The notes: generated from the letters alone by a model not told the origin. A DNA stretch of 64,000 bases from an uncultured Pseudobdellovibrionaceae bacterium (GCA_963803705.1 CAWDNU010000001.1:512001-576000), one strand, 5' to 3'. Positions 39,628 through 50,137 are shown, counted from the stretch's first letter. A program made the numbers and translations.

Positions 39628-41796
39628 ATGACTCAAGGAAATAAATTTGGCACCTTTAAAGGTGTATTTGTTCCCAGCATCCTAACCATTCTTGGGGTGA
39701 TATTATTTTTAAGACTTGGTTGGGTTGTTGGACAAGCTGGATTAATGTCGACTTACCTAATTATTACCTTGTCATCAGTTATAACATTTATCACAGCACT
39801 TTCAATATCTTCAACAGCCACTAATACGGAACTTGGTCCCGGTGGTTCGTATTTTTTAATTTCAAGATGTTTTGGTGTGGAACCTGGGGCTGCTGTTGGC
39901 TTACCACTTTATCTGGCTCAGGCTTTGGGGATTTCATTTTACGTTGTTGGTTTTGCGGAATCGTTGCAGTTATTTTTTCCGAATGTTTCCATATCTATTG
40001 TTGCGTTTGTAACTTTAATTGCGATGACAGGCGTAACTTTTTATTCTTCTGCTTTAGCCTTGAAAATGCAAATATTTATCTTGGTAGCTATAGTTGCTGC
40101 GATTGCATCTTTCTGGTTGGGAAGCCCCTTAGTAACAAGTATTGAAACGGTCGGTGTAGAGTACTCTAAGTTTGGATTCTGGCAGGTATTTGCAGTATTT
40201 TTTCCAGCTGTGACAGGCATCGAGGCTGGTATCTCTATGTCAGGGGATTTAAAAGATCCAAGAAAATCCCTGCCTATAGGCACTATAGCCTCAGTGGTTA
40301 TAGGCTATATAGTTTACATTGTTAGTGCTTACATGTTTTCATTGTTTGCCCCGAAAAACGTACTTGTCGAAAACTCTCTTTTAATAACTGAAGTTGCAGC
40401 AATTTCGATACTCATCTTTATTGGACTTTGGGGCGCCACTCTTTCAAGCGCTATGGGAGCCCTTTTAGGAGCTCCGCGTACGATGCAAGCTTTAGCCAAA
40501 GATAAAATTTTGCCACACTTTTTATCTGTAGGAAGTAAAGATACTAATGATCCTAAAGCAGCTACGGTCGTTTCGTTTCTTATAGCTGGTTGCGGAATAC
40601 TATTGGGCGATTTAAATTCGATTGCCACTGTTTTATCGATGTTTTTTTTGACTTCTTACGGTGCACTAAATCTAGTGGCAGGTTTAGAAGGGTTAATAGA
40701 CAGCCCGTCTTGGCGTCCCACTTTTCGTATTTCATGGTTGGTCTCAATTTTAGGTGCGTTTCTTTGTTTTGGTGCGATGTTCATGATTGATTCTGGCGCT
40801 ACTTTTGTAGCTTTAGGGGCTGTCGTTATAGTGTGGTATTTGATGCGGATGCGGCGTGTTCAGACTAATTACTCTGACATACGTAGTGGACTGACATTGC
40901 ATTTCGCTAGGCAGTTTATTTATAAACTAAACAAACTGAATCACGATGCTAGAAATTGGAGACCTAATTTTTTAGTTCTAAGCGGTTCACCAAAATCTAG
41001 GCTTCACTTAATTGATTTAGCCCACGCTATGAACCATGGTAAAGGTTTTATGACAGTAGCTTCAGTCATTACTGATCCTAAAATAGAAGATGATCAACTT
41101 TTAATGTTTGAAGACTCTACAAGAAAATTTTTAGATAAAAATGGCATTCAAACGCTTTCTAAAGTGACCCAGGCACCAAGTTTATTTGAAGGCGCTAGAC
41201 GACTTATAGAAAATTATGGAATAGGAAAAATTTCACCAAATATAATACTTATCGGAGATCCTTCTGATCCGAAAAAAATTCCAGATCAAGTAGAAATACT
41301 AAAAGCTGCTGCAAAAAGAAATAAGAACGTAGTTGTTATTAAAGATAGCGTGGACACTCGTAGAACTATAAGCGAGGGTGGTTCTACCATAGATTTGTGG
41401 TGGAATGACAAAGAAGACAGCGTAAACCTTATGATAGCGCTTGCTTACATGCTAAAGACTTCTAGCAAATGGAATAAAGCTAAGCTTACTTTAAAGTCTA
41501 TCGCGGAAACTGAAGACAAGAAAACAGGTCTAACCGAAAGACTGAAAAATTTTATAAAAGAAAGTAGAGTCACAGGCGACTATAAAGTTTATCTAGAGCC
41601 TGAGACTGACCAAAGCTCAAAAATTACTGAAAATTCGAAAGATACAGACATTGTATTTCTGGGACTTAAAGAGCCATCACAAGTCGAAAATTACCAAGCC
41701 TATTACGAAAACATCCTAAAATCTGGTGACCCATTGAAGACAGTGATTTACGTCCTAGAAGCAGAAGAAATATCTTTTTCTGAAATATTTAAATAA
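39628..41796 (+). CDS. Cation-chloride cotransporter (CCC/SLC12-like) amino-acid permease family
   Basis: KFGTFKGVFVPSILTILGVILFLR, FFPAVTGI..G.SMSGDLKDP and NWRPN motifs. Confidence 0.9.
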   Translation: MTQGNKFGTFKGVFVPSILTILGVILFLRLGWVVGQAGLMSTYLIITLSSVITFITALSISSTATNTELGPGGSYFLISRCFGVEPGAAVGLPLYLAQALGISFYVVGFAESLQLFFPNVSISIVAFVTLIAMTGVTFYSSALALKMQIFILVAIVAAIASFWLGSPLVTSIETVGVEYSKFGFWQVFAVFFPAVTGIEAGISMSGDLKDPRKSLPIGTIASVVIGYIVYIVSAYMFSLFAPKNVLVENSLLITEVAAISILIFIGLWGATLSSAMGALLGAPRTMQALAKDKILPHFLSVGSKDTNDPKAATVVSFLIAGCGILLGDLNSIATVLSMFFLTSYGALNLVAGLEGLIDSPSWRPTFRISWLVSILGAFLCFGAMFMIDSGATFVALGAVVIVWYLMRMRRVQTNYSDIRSGLTLHFARQFIYKLNKLNHDARNWRPNFLVLSGSPKSRLHLIDLAHAMNHGKGFMTVASVITDPKIEDDQLLMFEDSTRKFLDKNGIQTLSKVTQAPSLFEGARRLIENYGIGKISPNIILIGDPSDPKKIPDQVEILKAAAKRNKNVVVIKDSVDTRRTISEGGSTIDLWWNDKEDSVNLMIALAYMLKTSSKWNKAKLTLKSIAETEDKKTGLTERLKNFIKESRVTGDYKVYLEPETDQSSKITENSKDTDIVFLGLKEPSQVENYQAYYENILKSGDPLKTVIYVLEAEEISFSEIFK

Positions 41797-41800
41797 GCTA

Positions 41801-43249
41801 TTAATAGACCAAAAGTCGTGGTTCAGTCATCTCTTCCATAGCGTAGCGAACCCCTTCGCGCCCAAGGCCGGACATTTTGACACCGCCGTAGGGCATACTG
41901 TCGACACGAAATCCTGGAACATTATTGATGATAACGCCTGCGACTTCCAGGCTCGCATGAGCCATGTTCACATGTTGAAAGTTATTTGTAAAAACTCCGA
42001 CTTGAAGACCGAATTTTGAATCGTTCACTTTTGCTACAGCATCTTCAAAAGTCGCTACTTTTTCAATTACAGCTATAGGGCCAAAAGCCTCTTCATCAAG
42101 GACTTTCATAGGCGATTTAGTTTCAGTTAGAAGTGTTGGCTCGTACAAATTGTGTTCGGCGCTTAAAATCTTTCCACCTGTTAAAATTTCAGCTCCACCT
42201 TTTTTAGCCTCTTCGATCCAGCTTGCGATTCTGTCGAAGTGCTGTTTATCAATCAATGGACCTGCAACTGTTTTGGGGTCTTTTGGGTCACCTGTTTTAA
42301 GCTCTTGGATATCTTTGATAAGTAGATTTTTAAATTCTTCGAAAATAGTTTCAAGGACATAAATCCTTTGGGTAGAAATGCAAATCTGACCGGCATAAAG
42401 AAATGCTCCAGCAGCAACTGACTTTGCAATGGACTTTAAATCAGTATTTTCGTCGACTATGACTGCTGCGTTTCCACCAAGTTCTAAAGCGACCTTTTTC
42501 ATTCCACAGATTGTCTTAAGGTACCAGCCTACCTTTTCACTACCTGTAAACGAAACCATAGCAATTCTATCATCACGAACCATTTTTTCTGCCATAGGAA
42601 TGCTGCAATTTACAAAATTTGCCACACCAGCTGGGTAACCAACTTCGTCTAAAAGATTAGCTAAGAAAAGAGAGCTAAGCGGAGCTTGTGGCGCAGGTTT
42701 TACAATCACTGAGCATCCTGAAGCAAGAGCAGGCGCAACCTTGTGAAGAACCAAATTTAAAGGAAAATTAAAAGGGGTAATACATAAAATTGGACCGATT
42801 GGAATTCTTTTCGTAAAAGCTACTTTTCCTTCACCGGAATCGAAATCAATGGGCACTGTTTCTCCAGTAAAACTTTTGGCTTCACTTGCAGCGGTGGAAA
42901 TAGTGGCCAAACACCTTTTTATTTCTGATTCAGCATAAGACTTTGGCTTTCCAGCTTCTGCTACGATTAGATCAACAGCTTCTTGAAACCGGTTATTTAG
43001 AGCACCGTAAAGCTTTTGAAGATGTTCAGACCGCTTTCCAGCTGACCATGACTTAAGTTCTATAAAACCCTTAACTGAAGTTCGAATTGCCTGTTTAATA
43101 TCAGCTTCACTGGCCATGGGCAGTTTGATAATGGACTTTTGAGTGTACTTGTCTACGACATCTAAAAAATCGTCTTCAGTTTCTGTATTATTTTTAACGA
43201 TCCACTTTCCATTTATGTAATTTCCAAACTGAATTTCTTTTTTTTTCAT
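41801..43249 (-). CDS. Aldehyde dehydrogenase
   Basis: ITPFNFP, SFTGS, LELGG, GQICIS, EEAFGP and PYGGVK.SG.GREG motifs. Confidence 0.95.
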   Translation of the reverse strand: MKKKEIQFGNYINGKWIVKNNTETEDDFLDVVDKYTQKSIIKLPMASEADIKQAIRTSVKGFIELKSWSAGKRSEHLQKLYGALNNRFQEAVDLIVAEAGKPKSYAESEIKRCLATISTAASEAKSFTGETVPIDFDSGEGKVAFTKRIPIGPILCITPFNFPLNLVLHKVAPALASGCSVIVKPAPQAPLSSLFLANLLDEVGYPAGVANFVNCSIPMAEKMVRDDRIAMVSFTGSEKVGWYLKTICGMKKVALELGGNAAVIVDENTDLKSIAKSVAAGAFLYAGQICISTQRIYVLETIFEEFKNLLIKDIQELKTGDPKDPKTVAGPLIDKQHFDRIASWIEEAKKGGAEILTGGKILSAEHNLYEPTLLTETKSPMKVLDEEAFGPIAVIEKVATFEDAVAKVNDSKFGLQVGVFTNNFQHVNMAHASLEVAGVIINNVPGFRVDSMPYGGVKMSGLGREGVRYAMEEMTEPRLLVY

Positions 43250-44274
43250 AGGTTTAAATCCTTGATAGTCAGATTAATTTTAGAAGCTTCAAAATTTTGA
43301 AACGACTGGTGAATTTGCTGTTGGTGCCATAGTAGTGAAAGATTCAACTGCTGAGGTCGGTAAATGACAGTGTAAAGTGTACCGAACTGCTGACTAAAAT
43401 TAGTGTTAAAAAGGGGCTCATTAAGAAACGCCTGGACTATTTTGTCTGTAGAGACATCAGCACTTGCCAAAGTTTTTTGTAGGAAGTTGTAGCGTTCTAT
43501 AGTTCCCGAAAACTCTGCGTACTCTAGCCATTCTACATTCTGCTGGTGGTTTGTTGAAACTTTGTCGTCAACGAAAACCGCGGGAAGGCCAGGGCTCAGG
43601 TACACTTTCGTGTAGGCCCCTGTCTGATCTAGAAGCATTACGTTGTAAGACATATGGCATGGAATCTGCGCTATTTTCAATTTAGCTTCGGCAACGCTGT
43701 TACTTGTTTCTAAAAGATATCTTAAAATTAGTGGTGCCCCGAAACCTTGACCTACTTCTTTTCTTCCGCCAAATGTGAGTGAAGCAATTAGCCCGCTTTC
43801 GTTCATTCCATCAAGTAAACCCCAAGCACAATCAAGCATCCCGATTACGGGTCTTAGCCAATTGGAATAAAACAAAGTTCTTTCAAAGAGATCCGCACTG
43901 TAATCGTAGTTTCTAATAAGAGATGGATCATTCTGGTTCCAGATAATTTGAGAACAACCGGCCATGTAAGGAGGCGGATTGTACAGACTTAAAAAACGGC
44001 TAGCGATATCAGAGCCCCCCGTACTTTCAGCTAATTTAGAAAACACTGGGACAATCTCTGGCATGTAACTCTTTAAAGCTGATAAGCAAGTGTGGTAGCC
44101 AGGTCTACGAAGTAAACCTTCCGACAAATACCAGGCCTCGCAGTGGGGCCAAACACTATCCCAGTGCTCTAGCCACTTCTCGTTCTCTTTGTTTTCCTTA
44201 ACGCACTCAAAATCAAAATTTACTTCAGACAAATTTGAATCCACCGACTTCAGCTTTTTCGGGGGCATCTGCAC
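43246..44274 (-). CDS. C45 family Ntn-hydrolase / acyltransferase (true start may be TTG ~44232)
   Basis: AG|CSQ autoprocessing Cys; RNYDY, DGMNESGL and STNH motifs. Confidence 0.85.
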   Translation of the reverse strand: MQMPPKKLKSVDSNLSEVNFDFECVKENKENEKWLEHWDSVWPHCEAWYLSEGLLRRPGYHTCLSALKSYMPEIVPVFSKLAESTGGSDIASRFLSLYNPPPYMAGCSQIIWNQNDPSLIRNYDYSADLFERTLFYSNWLRPVIGMLDCAWGLLDGMNESGLIASLTFGGRKEVGQGFGAPLILRYLLETSNSVAEAKLKIAQIPCHMSYNVMLLDQTGAYTKVYLSPGLPAVFVDDKVSTNHQQNVEWLEYAEFSGTIERYNFLQKTLASADVSTDKIVQAFLNEPLFNTNFSQQFGTLYTVIYRPQQLNLSLLWHQQQIHQSFQNFEASKINLTIKDLNL

Positions 44275-45964
44275 CCGTGTACAATTCAGACTTATACTTG
44301 GATCTTATTGCATTTATCCAAGAGTTAGCCCTATCTGTAAGCTCAAACTCATCTGTCATTAATCGACCCCTCATAACTAATATACCAAGGTCAGCGCCTT
44401 CATATAAATAATCACCTTCATTGATGATCCTTAGAAAAAAAGCCTCGTCGTCTTGCTCAACAGCTCTTCTATGTGTGTCCATACGATCGTAAACAATTTC
44501 ACCACTTTGATCTATTTTCCAGATTCCAGATTTAGGTGATTCTTTAACCATCTCGATGGTGTCTTTGGTGTGTTTAATAACCATTTGCCCCCAGCTATCA
44601 ATGTTCTCTGGCTTAGCCCACCTTTTGTTCAAAGCTTTTACATTCAATTCAAAAGGTTGCTTCATCCACTCAAGCATGTGAAACAAGAGTAAAGGCATAT
44701 CTGAAAGGGCGAAAACAGCATGATTTGTAATTGAACTAGCGCCGGTTATTCTGGGGTTTAGTTCACCTAGGTAAAGGTTATTAGAATCTAGATCAATTAG
44801 AAAATCCAATTCGAAATAACCCTTGTAGCCTTTGTTCTTAAGCTGTTCACCAAATCTTTCAGTGTAGACTCTGGCTTGATTCCGAATCTTTTCGGTAAAA
44901 ATGTCTGCATAGATTTCATTGCCACACCAACCACCTTTATATGGTGTCAAATCCTTGAAGCCCACCAATTCCGTCATTAAAGGGGCGACCACTGTTCCTT
45001 GTGATGTAACACATGCTTCGATAGCTGCACCACGACAGTTTATTCTCTTCATTATTTTAACTTCTTTCTCTTTTAGAATTTCATCGGCATGAACTTTCCA
45101 GTCGTCTTCGGATTTAATAAAAAAAGTGGTGTGACCAGAGTCTCCGAAAGGTAATTGTATGACCAGTTCATCGCCAAGTTTTTTTGATATCATCTTTAGG
45201 TGATCAAAGCTTTTTACCTTGGAGAGAACGTATGGGACACAAGGCACCTTAGCTTTTTCAGCAAGTCGGTTTGTGTTTACTTTATTGTCTAACCACTGCC
45301 GCATTTTTGCAGGAGGGAAACATATTTCCAGGCCCATTTGCTTAGCCATCTGTTCAGTTTTTTCATCAAACATCAAGAATAAGGCTTTTCCCTTGTTTCC
45401 ACGGGCGTTAATGAAGTCTTGGACTTCTTTGTGCTCTAGCAGATAATTGTTGATTTCTTCAATGCTTTGAAATTCACCGTGGGGAATTTCTTCTTTTGGA
45501 CTAAAGACGTTTGGATGAAGGCCGTCGAAGCACTCTACGTAAACAATAAATTTAAAGCTCTTTATCCATTCATCAGCACCCAGAAGGTTAAAGTTTGTAG
45601 CGCTAATAAAATATATTGGCTCTTCGTTACGTAAAAAAAATCTTCGCATGTCTGATATACCTTTAAGTACGTTCTTTGAGCTGCTGATTTTTTTAGTAGT
45701 TTTCTTTTTTGCTTTCTTTGACGTTTTCTTGGTTAAGCTCTTCGGCGAACTTTTAGTCAATTTTTTTGCCGTTTTTTTTGGCTTACTTTTTAAAGTGTTC
45801 TTAGATAATTTTTTTTTTGCTAATTTTTTTTTGCTAATTTTCTTTTTTGATTTCTTTTTTGATTTTTTTTGAGTGGTTCTTTTATTTAGCGTTTTTTTCT
45901 TAGCTGCTTTTTTTGCTACTTTCTTTTTTAAAACCTTTTTTTTTTCTTTTCCAGAGACATACAC
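44225..45964 (-). CDS. ATP-grasp enzyme ('biotin carboxylase-like'/PGM1-like) with Lys-rich N-terminal extension
   Basis: GDSGHTTFF, GGWCGNE, GYFELDFL and LGELNPRITGAS motifs. Confidence 0.85.
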   Translation of the reverse strand: MYVSGKEKKKVLKKKVAKKAAKKKTLNKRTTQKKSKKKSKKKISKKKLAKKKLSKNTLKSKPKKTAKKLTKSSPKSLTKKTSKKAKKKTTKKISSSKNVLKGISDMRRFFLRNEEPIYFISATNFNLLGADEWIKSFKFIVYVECFDGLHPNVFSPKEEIPHGEFQSIEEINNYLLEHKEVQDFINARGNKGKALFLMFDEKTEQMAKQMGLEICFPPAKMRQWLDNKVNTNRLAEKAKVPCVPYVLSKVKSFDHLKMISKKLGDELVIQLPFGDSGHTTFFIKSEDDWKVHADEILKEKEVKIMKRINCRGAAIEACVTSQGTVVAPLMTELVGFKDLTPYKGGWCGNEIYADIFTEKIRNQARVYTERFGEQLKNKGYKGYFELDFLIDLDSNNLYLGELNPRITGASSITNHAVFALSDMPLLLFHMLEWMKQPFELNVKALNKRWAKPENIDSWGQMVIKHTKDTIEMVKESPKSGIWKIDQSGEIVYDRMDTHRRAVEQDDEAFFLRIINEGDYLYEGADLGILVMRGRLMTDEFELTDRANSWINAIRSKYKSELYTGADAPEKAEVGGFKFV

Positions 45965-46013
45965 AAACCTTTTTTGTTAATTAGTTAAAGATACAAATAG
46001 TTAAGTTAAGTAC

Positions 46014-48707
46014 TCAATTACGGCTGACTTCATCGTCATGGGTATTTGCCTTTCTAGCACCCATCCCAAAAGCTGTTGGTTGGTGATGCCGGTTCAAGAC
46101 TTTATCATTAAATAGCCTTAGACCAATTCCAGGATTATAACCATGAATTTCAGTGACATCTAAACCCAATAGGAAATCAATAATTTCTTTAGACACAACT
46201 TGTCCAGGAACCAGTACTGGAAAGCCAGGTGGATAAGGGATCACAAATGTTGAAGACACAATACTTTCTTTTTTATTTAATGCTTCTAAAGCATCTATTA
46301 GCCTTAAATACATGCAATTATCTTCATCGTAAGACAGGTAATAAGCGTCTCTCATATTTCCGCCAACAACACCGGGTAATTCTCTAAACGAATCGTGAAA
46401 TCCAGTGAAACTTGGCAAAGGAGCTGCGTCGTTCATCAGGGAATGAGCTTTCTTTTTAATTGCAATTTGAAGCTCTGTGCTTGCGGCATTTGTGTCATGA
46501 TCAATTTTTTCAGCAATTTTCAAAAGGACACTTAGCAAATAAGAAACAGAACTTCTAGTTGTACCTATATTTGTCATAAATAGAACTGTATTGGGCGAAG
46601 TTTTATTGATTTGAATTCCAAATTGATCCATTAAGAATTTGTTTCTAAAAGTTGTACCGTCTACTCCTGTTTTCCCAACACATAAAGTGACCTTAGTGGG
46701 ATCTAGCGCAAACTCATCATTTTTCCAAGTGTCGCCTTGTCTGGCCCATGTGCCATTCTCATTTAGAAAATCTACAGGCTGGTCCTTGCGAAATTCATCT
46801 GGTACTATTTCATCGATGGTTAAAACATGAAAATACTTATTTAATATTGGATGAGTTGAAATCTGATGGCGTAGATTCATAGCCATTTCGATAGCTCTTT
46901 CAGTAAGCTCGAAGCCCTCAAATTCTGCCTGTCTGCGGCCGGCATCAAGCGACGCTAAAATCTGGTAGTTGGGGGACGTAGAAATGTGGGTCAAGTAAGC
47001 CTCGTGAAATGAATTTTCGTTTTTTTTAGTAAAATCCTCATCGTAGACATGAATTACAGATCCTTGCCTAAACGAAGATAGGGTCTTGTGAGTGGACTGT
47101 GTTGAATAAACTCTGACGCGAGTTTCTTTAGAAAGCTCCTCACCTTTTTTAGACTTTAATGCTTTGTCGCGGGCTTCTTGAATTTTGCGCGCAGCATACA
47201 TCGCGGTTCTAGATCTTAGATATGGGGAAAATGAGGCAAATGCAAACCAAGCTTCATCCCATAAGAAGATCATATCAGGCTTTATTTTTAAGACCTCTTC
47301 CATAACCATTTTAGGATTGTAAACAATACCGTCAAAAGTTGAATTGGTAAGTACGAGCATTTTTACTTTGTCCAAACGGCCAGCATCCTTAAGATCATTC
47401 AGCTTATCCACAATAGTTTTTACTGGCACTGCACCGTAAATCGAATAGGGTTGGATCTTGTAGGAATCAAGATAAACAGGTATGGCCCCAGATAAAACCA
47501 GAGCATAATGGTGGGATTTGTGACACTCTCGATCGATAAGAACTATGTCACCTGGTTGTGTTAGAGCCTGATGAATAATTTTATTTGATGTTGAGGTTCC
47601 ATTGGTTACAAAAAAAGTTTTTTTTGCTTGGTAGGCGTTTGCAGCCATCTCTTGCGCTTTTTTTAACGGACCAGTGGGCTGAGATAAAGAATCTAAGCCG
47701 CCTGCCGTAGTTGAGGTTTCAGCTAAAAACAAATTTCTACCATAAAATTCACCGAAATCACGCATCCACCAAGATTTGAAAACAGAATTACCTCTAGAGA
47801 TAGGCATTGCGTGAAAAACGCCCGTAGGTTTTTGGCTGTAATCTTTTAGTGCCGTAAAAAAAGGAGTTTGGAAACGCTGGCGAATATCTTGAATCAAACT
47901 GATATGAAGTTCTTGCATGTCTTCCATACGGTAAAAAATTCTTTGGAATACCTTTAGCATCTCTTCTGGAGTGTCTTTCAGTGACATATCAGTTACAAAG
48001 TAAATGGATAGTTCAGGACGTAGCTCTTTTATTTTTTTGGCTAATGCTATTACTAAATTATTTTTTTGATTAGGCATAAATGTGTCTTTTGAAATAGAAT
48101 CCAAAAAGCACTCGTAGGATTGGTGCTCAAAATTTTCTTCTTTTCTTCTGGCTACATGGTACCTTAATACAACAGACTGTAACATTGGATTGAATAAAAT
48201 AGCAGTTAGTGCGCCCTCGTAAGAAGTAGCAAAAACAGTGCGGTAGTATGTGTCCTTTTGTTTCTTGCAGTGTCCAGATAAGACTTCGCGGATATAATCT
48301 TGGTCTTTTTCTTTGATGTCATCAACAAAAAGCACTTCAAAATAGTTCATCGTGTGTTCACTATCTTGCACTGTATTTTTTTTACTTGAAGTTAACGAAA
48401 ATTTATTACTCTTACGATAAGACGCTGCTGTGAAAGCTCTTAGGCAGAGGGTAACATCACTGTACATTGCCTTATACTCTTGATGCTTCAAACGTTTTTT
48501 TAAGGCTTGCATAAACTGGCGACCAGGGAAACCCCAATATTTTTCAAGTTCAAATAGCTGACAGACAATTGTTCGCGCACGATCAGTGTTTGAATCTAAA
48601 TCGTTTAATTGATTAATCGCCCTTAAGACTAAACGTAGTTCACGCCAAACTGCCAGACGATATTGCGAGATATAGTAATAGTTTTCAGGATTGGTCGAGG
48701 GTAAAAT
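46014..48707 (-). CDS. Large Orn/Lys/Arg-decarboxylase-fold (class I PLP) amino-acid decarboxylase
   Basis: FVTNGTSTSNK, DRECHKSHHY, WDEAWF, TQSTHKT (PLP Lys) and PYPPGFP motifs. Frame extends 65 codons upstream of ATG 48512 to ATT 48707, which follows AAGGGG. Confidence 0.9.
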   Translation of the reverse strand: MLPSTNPENYYYISQYRLAVWRELRLVLRAINQLNDLDSNTDRARTIVCQLFELEKYWGFPGRQFMQALKKRLKHQEYKAMYSDVTLCLRAFTAASYRKSNKFSLTSSKKNTVQDSEHTMNYFEVLFVDDIKEKDQDYIREVLSGHCKKQKDTYYRTVFATSYEGALTAILFNPMLQSVVLRYHVARRKEENFEHQSYECFLDSISKDTFMPNQKNNLVIALAKKIKELRPELSIYFVTDMSLKDTPEEMLKVFQRIFYRMEDMQELHISLIQDIRQRFQTPFFTALKDYSQKPTGVFHAMPISRGNSVFKSWWMRDFGEFYGRNLFLAETSTTAGGLDSLSQPTGPLKKAQEMAANAYQAKKTFFVTNGTSTSNKIIHQALTQPGDIVLIDRECHKSHHYALVLSGAIPVYLDSYKIQPYSIYGAVPVKTIVDKLNDLKDAGRLDKVKMLVLTNSTFDGIVYNPKMVMEEVLKIKPDMIFLWDEAWFAFASFSPYLRSRTAMYAARKIQEARDKALKSKKGEELSKETRVRVYSTQSTHKTLSSFRQGSVIHVYDEDFTKKNENSFHEAYLTHISTSPNYQILASLDAGRRQAEFEGFELTERAIEMAMNLRHQISTHPILNKYFHVLTIDEIVPDEFRKDQPVDFLNENGTWARQGDTWKNDEFALDPTKVTLCVGKTGVDGTTFRNKFLMDQFGIQINKTSPNTVLFMTNIGTTRSSVSYLLSVLLKIAEKIDHDTNAASTELQIAIKKKAHSLMNDAAPLPSFTGFHDSFRELPGVVGGNMRDAYYLSYDEDNCMYLRLIDALEALNKKESIVSSTFVIPYPPGFPVLVPGQVVSKEIIDFLLGLDVTEIHGYNPGIGLRLFNDKVLNRHHQPTAFGMGARKANTHDDEVSRN

Positions 48708-48741
48708 GGTAAGTCCCCTTTGTAGAGATTTGAATTAGATT

Positions 48742-49158
48742 TTAGGCTTTTGAACATAAGGCTAAGCGATTACCTTCAGAATCAAGCACCAAAGAATAAT
48801 ATCCAATGTCTTCATTTATAAGCGTTTTACCCATTAGAATTTGTCCGCCTGCTTCAGAAATTTTATTTAAAGGCTCGTCCAGACTTGCTCCTGCATTAAG
48901 GTACAGGAGGGATCCGGAGTGGCTTGGAATGCAACCGTCTCCGAAAACTAAAGCTCCTCCGACGCCTGACTCTGTAGGGAAAAAAGCCATAGTATGGGTG
49001 CCAGTCTGTAAAGGCTCGAATTTAATATCGAATATAGTGGAATAAAAATGTATAGCTCTATCTAAATTAGTAACTGGTATTTCGTACCACGATACGAAAT
49101 CGCCTTTTTTAATAGGTTTTTTTATTCTAGGTTTTTTAGGTTTTTCTTTTTGTTTCAT
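48742..49158 (-). CDS. VOC/glyoxalase family protein
   Basis: WYEIPV.NLDRA..FY..IF and D.EGNRLAL motifs; short Lys-rich N-terminus. Confidence 0.88.
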   Translation of the reverse strand: MKQKEKPKKPRIKKPIKKGDFVSWYEIPVTNLDRAIHFYSTIFDIKFEPLQTGTHTMAFFPTESGVGGALVFGDGCIPSHSGSLLYLNAGASLDEPLNKISEAGGQILMGKTLINEDIGYYSLVLDSEGNRLALCSKA

Positions 49159-49232
49159 AAGTCTTGCTCCAAATTTAAATGTTAAAATTCAATGTTAGGA
49201 TCTAAAGGTAAGAAGTAGAAATAAGATCTAGA

Positions 49233-50135
49233 TCATAATTTAATCTCAGGTTTGCTTGGGTCTTCGAATGCAGCCTGTAAGGGGACTTTTCTAGCAGGCT
49301 TTTCAAGAGGACCTAAACTAGATAAGTAGGTTCCGTCAAAGCCTTGGTTATAGACATCAAAACTTACTTTACGATCTCTAAAGCTTTTCAAAGGTTGCCC
49401 TAGTCTTAAAAGGCCCAGTTCGCGACTACGCTTAACACGAGCAACATCAAGCTCTATGGGAATAATCTCTTCACCGACATTCGCGGTGTACAGTACTCTG
49501 CCATCAGGTCCACACACTGTTGACCTGCCATTTCCCCCTGCACCAATGCCGTTGACGTCAAAGACGAAACATTGATTTGTTGCAGCAGTTGCTTGCACAA
49601 TCGCAAGTTCAACTTCTCTGTCAATCGTAGGAGTCAAAGTGGGGTGAAGTATGACCTCGACACCATTAGCGACCATTTGCCGGGCAGTTTCAGGAAACCA
49701 TAAATCATAGCAAACTGAAATACCAAAACGGCCAACATTTGGCACATCGAAATGGGTGAACTTATCACCAGGTGTTACACCTTCTTCGTAGGGATAAAAA
49801 GGAAAGAGCTTGTCGTATCTGCAGACCACTTCTCCTTTGGGACTTATAGCAATTGCCGTATTAAATATATCGGCTCCTCGCTTTTGGTACATAGAACCAG
49901 GAACTATCCATATAGAGTGTTTTTTCGCCAAATCACAAAAAACTTTTTCAACTGCCTGCGGGTCAGTCAGGGCGTAATTCGTTAATGGGCCAAAGGCACA
50001 CAATTCACTAAACATAATCAAATTCACCCAAGGGTAAATGGACACTGTTAAATCAATTTTATGCTTCATAATTTCAATGTTACTAGTTGTAGCCGACATA
50101 TACATTTGAATACCGGCTATCGAAAATGCTTTCAT
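49233..50135 (-). CDS. Carbon-nitrogen hydrolase (nitrilase superfamily amidase)
   Basis: Catalytic triad motifs FSEL, YDKLFP and VCYDLWFPE. Confidence 0.9.
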   Translation of the reverse strand: MKAFSIAGIQMYMSATTSNIEIMKHKIDLTVSIYPWVNLIMFSELCAFGPLTNYALTDPQAVEKVFCDLAKKHSIWIVPGSMYQKRGADIFNTAIAISPKGEVVCRYDKLFPFYPYEEGVTPGDKFTHFDVPNVGRFGISVCYDLWFPETARQMVANGVEVILHPTLTPTIDREVELAIVQATAATNQCFVFDVNGIGAGGNGRSTVCGPDGRVLYTANVGEEIIPIELDVARVKRSRELGLLRLGQPLKSFRDRKVSFDVYNQGFDGTYLSSLGPLEKPARKVPLQAAFEDPSKPEIKL

Positions 50136-50137
50136 AC

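Noticed and set aside
45648..45872. Phe-rich 74-aa plus-strand ORF, and the other short antisense ORFs in the track
   Set aside because: Reverse-frame shadows of real genes; this one mirrors the Lys-rich tail.
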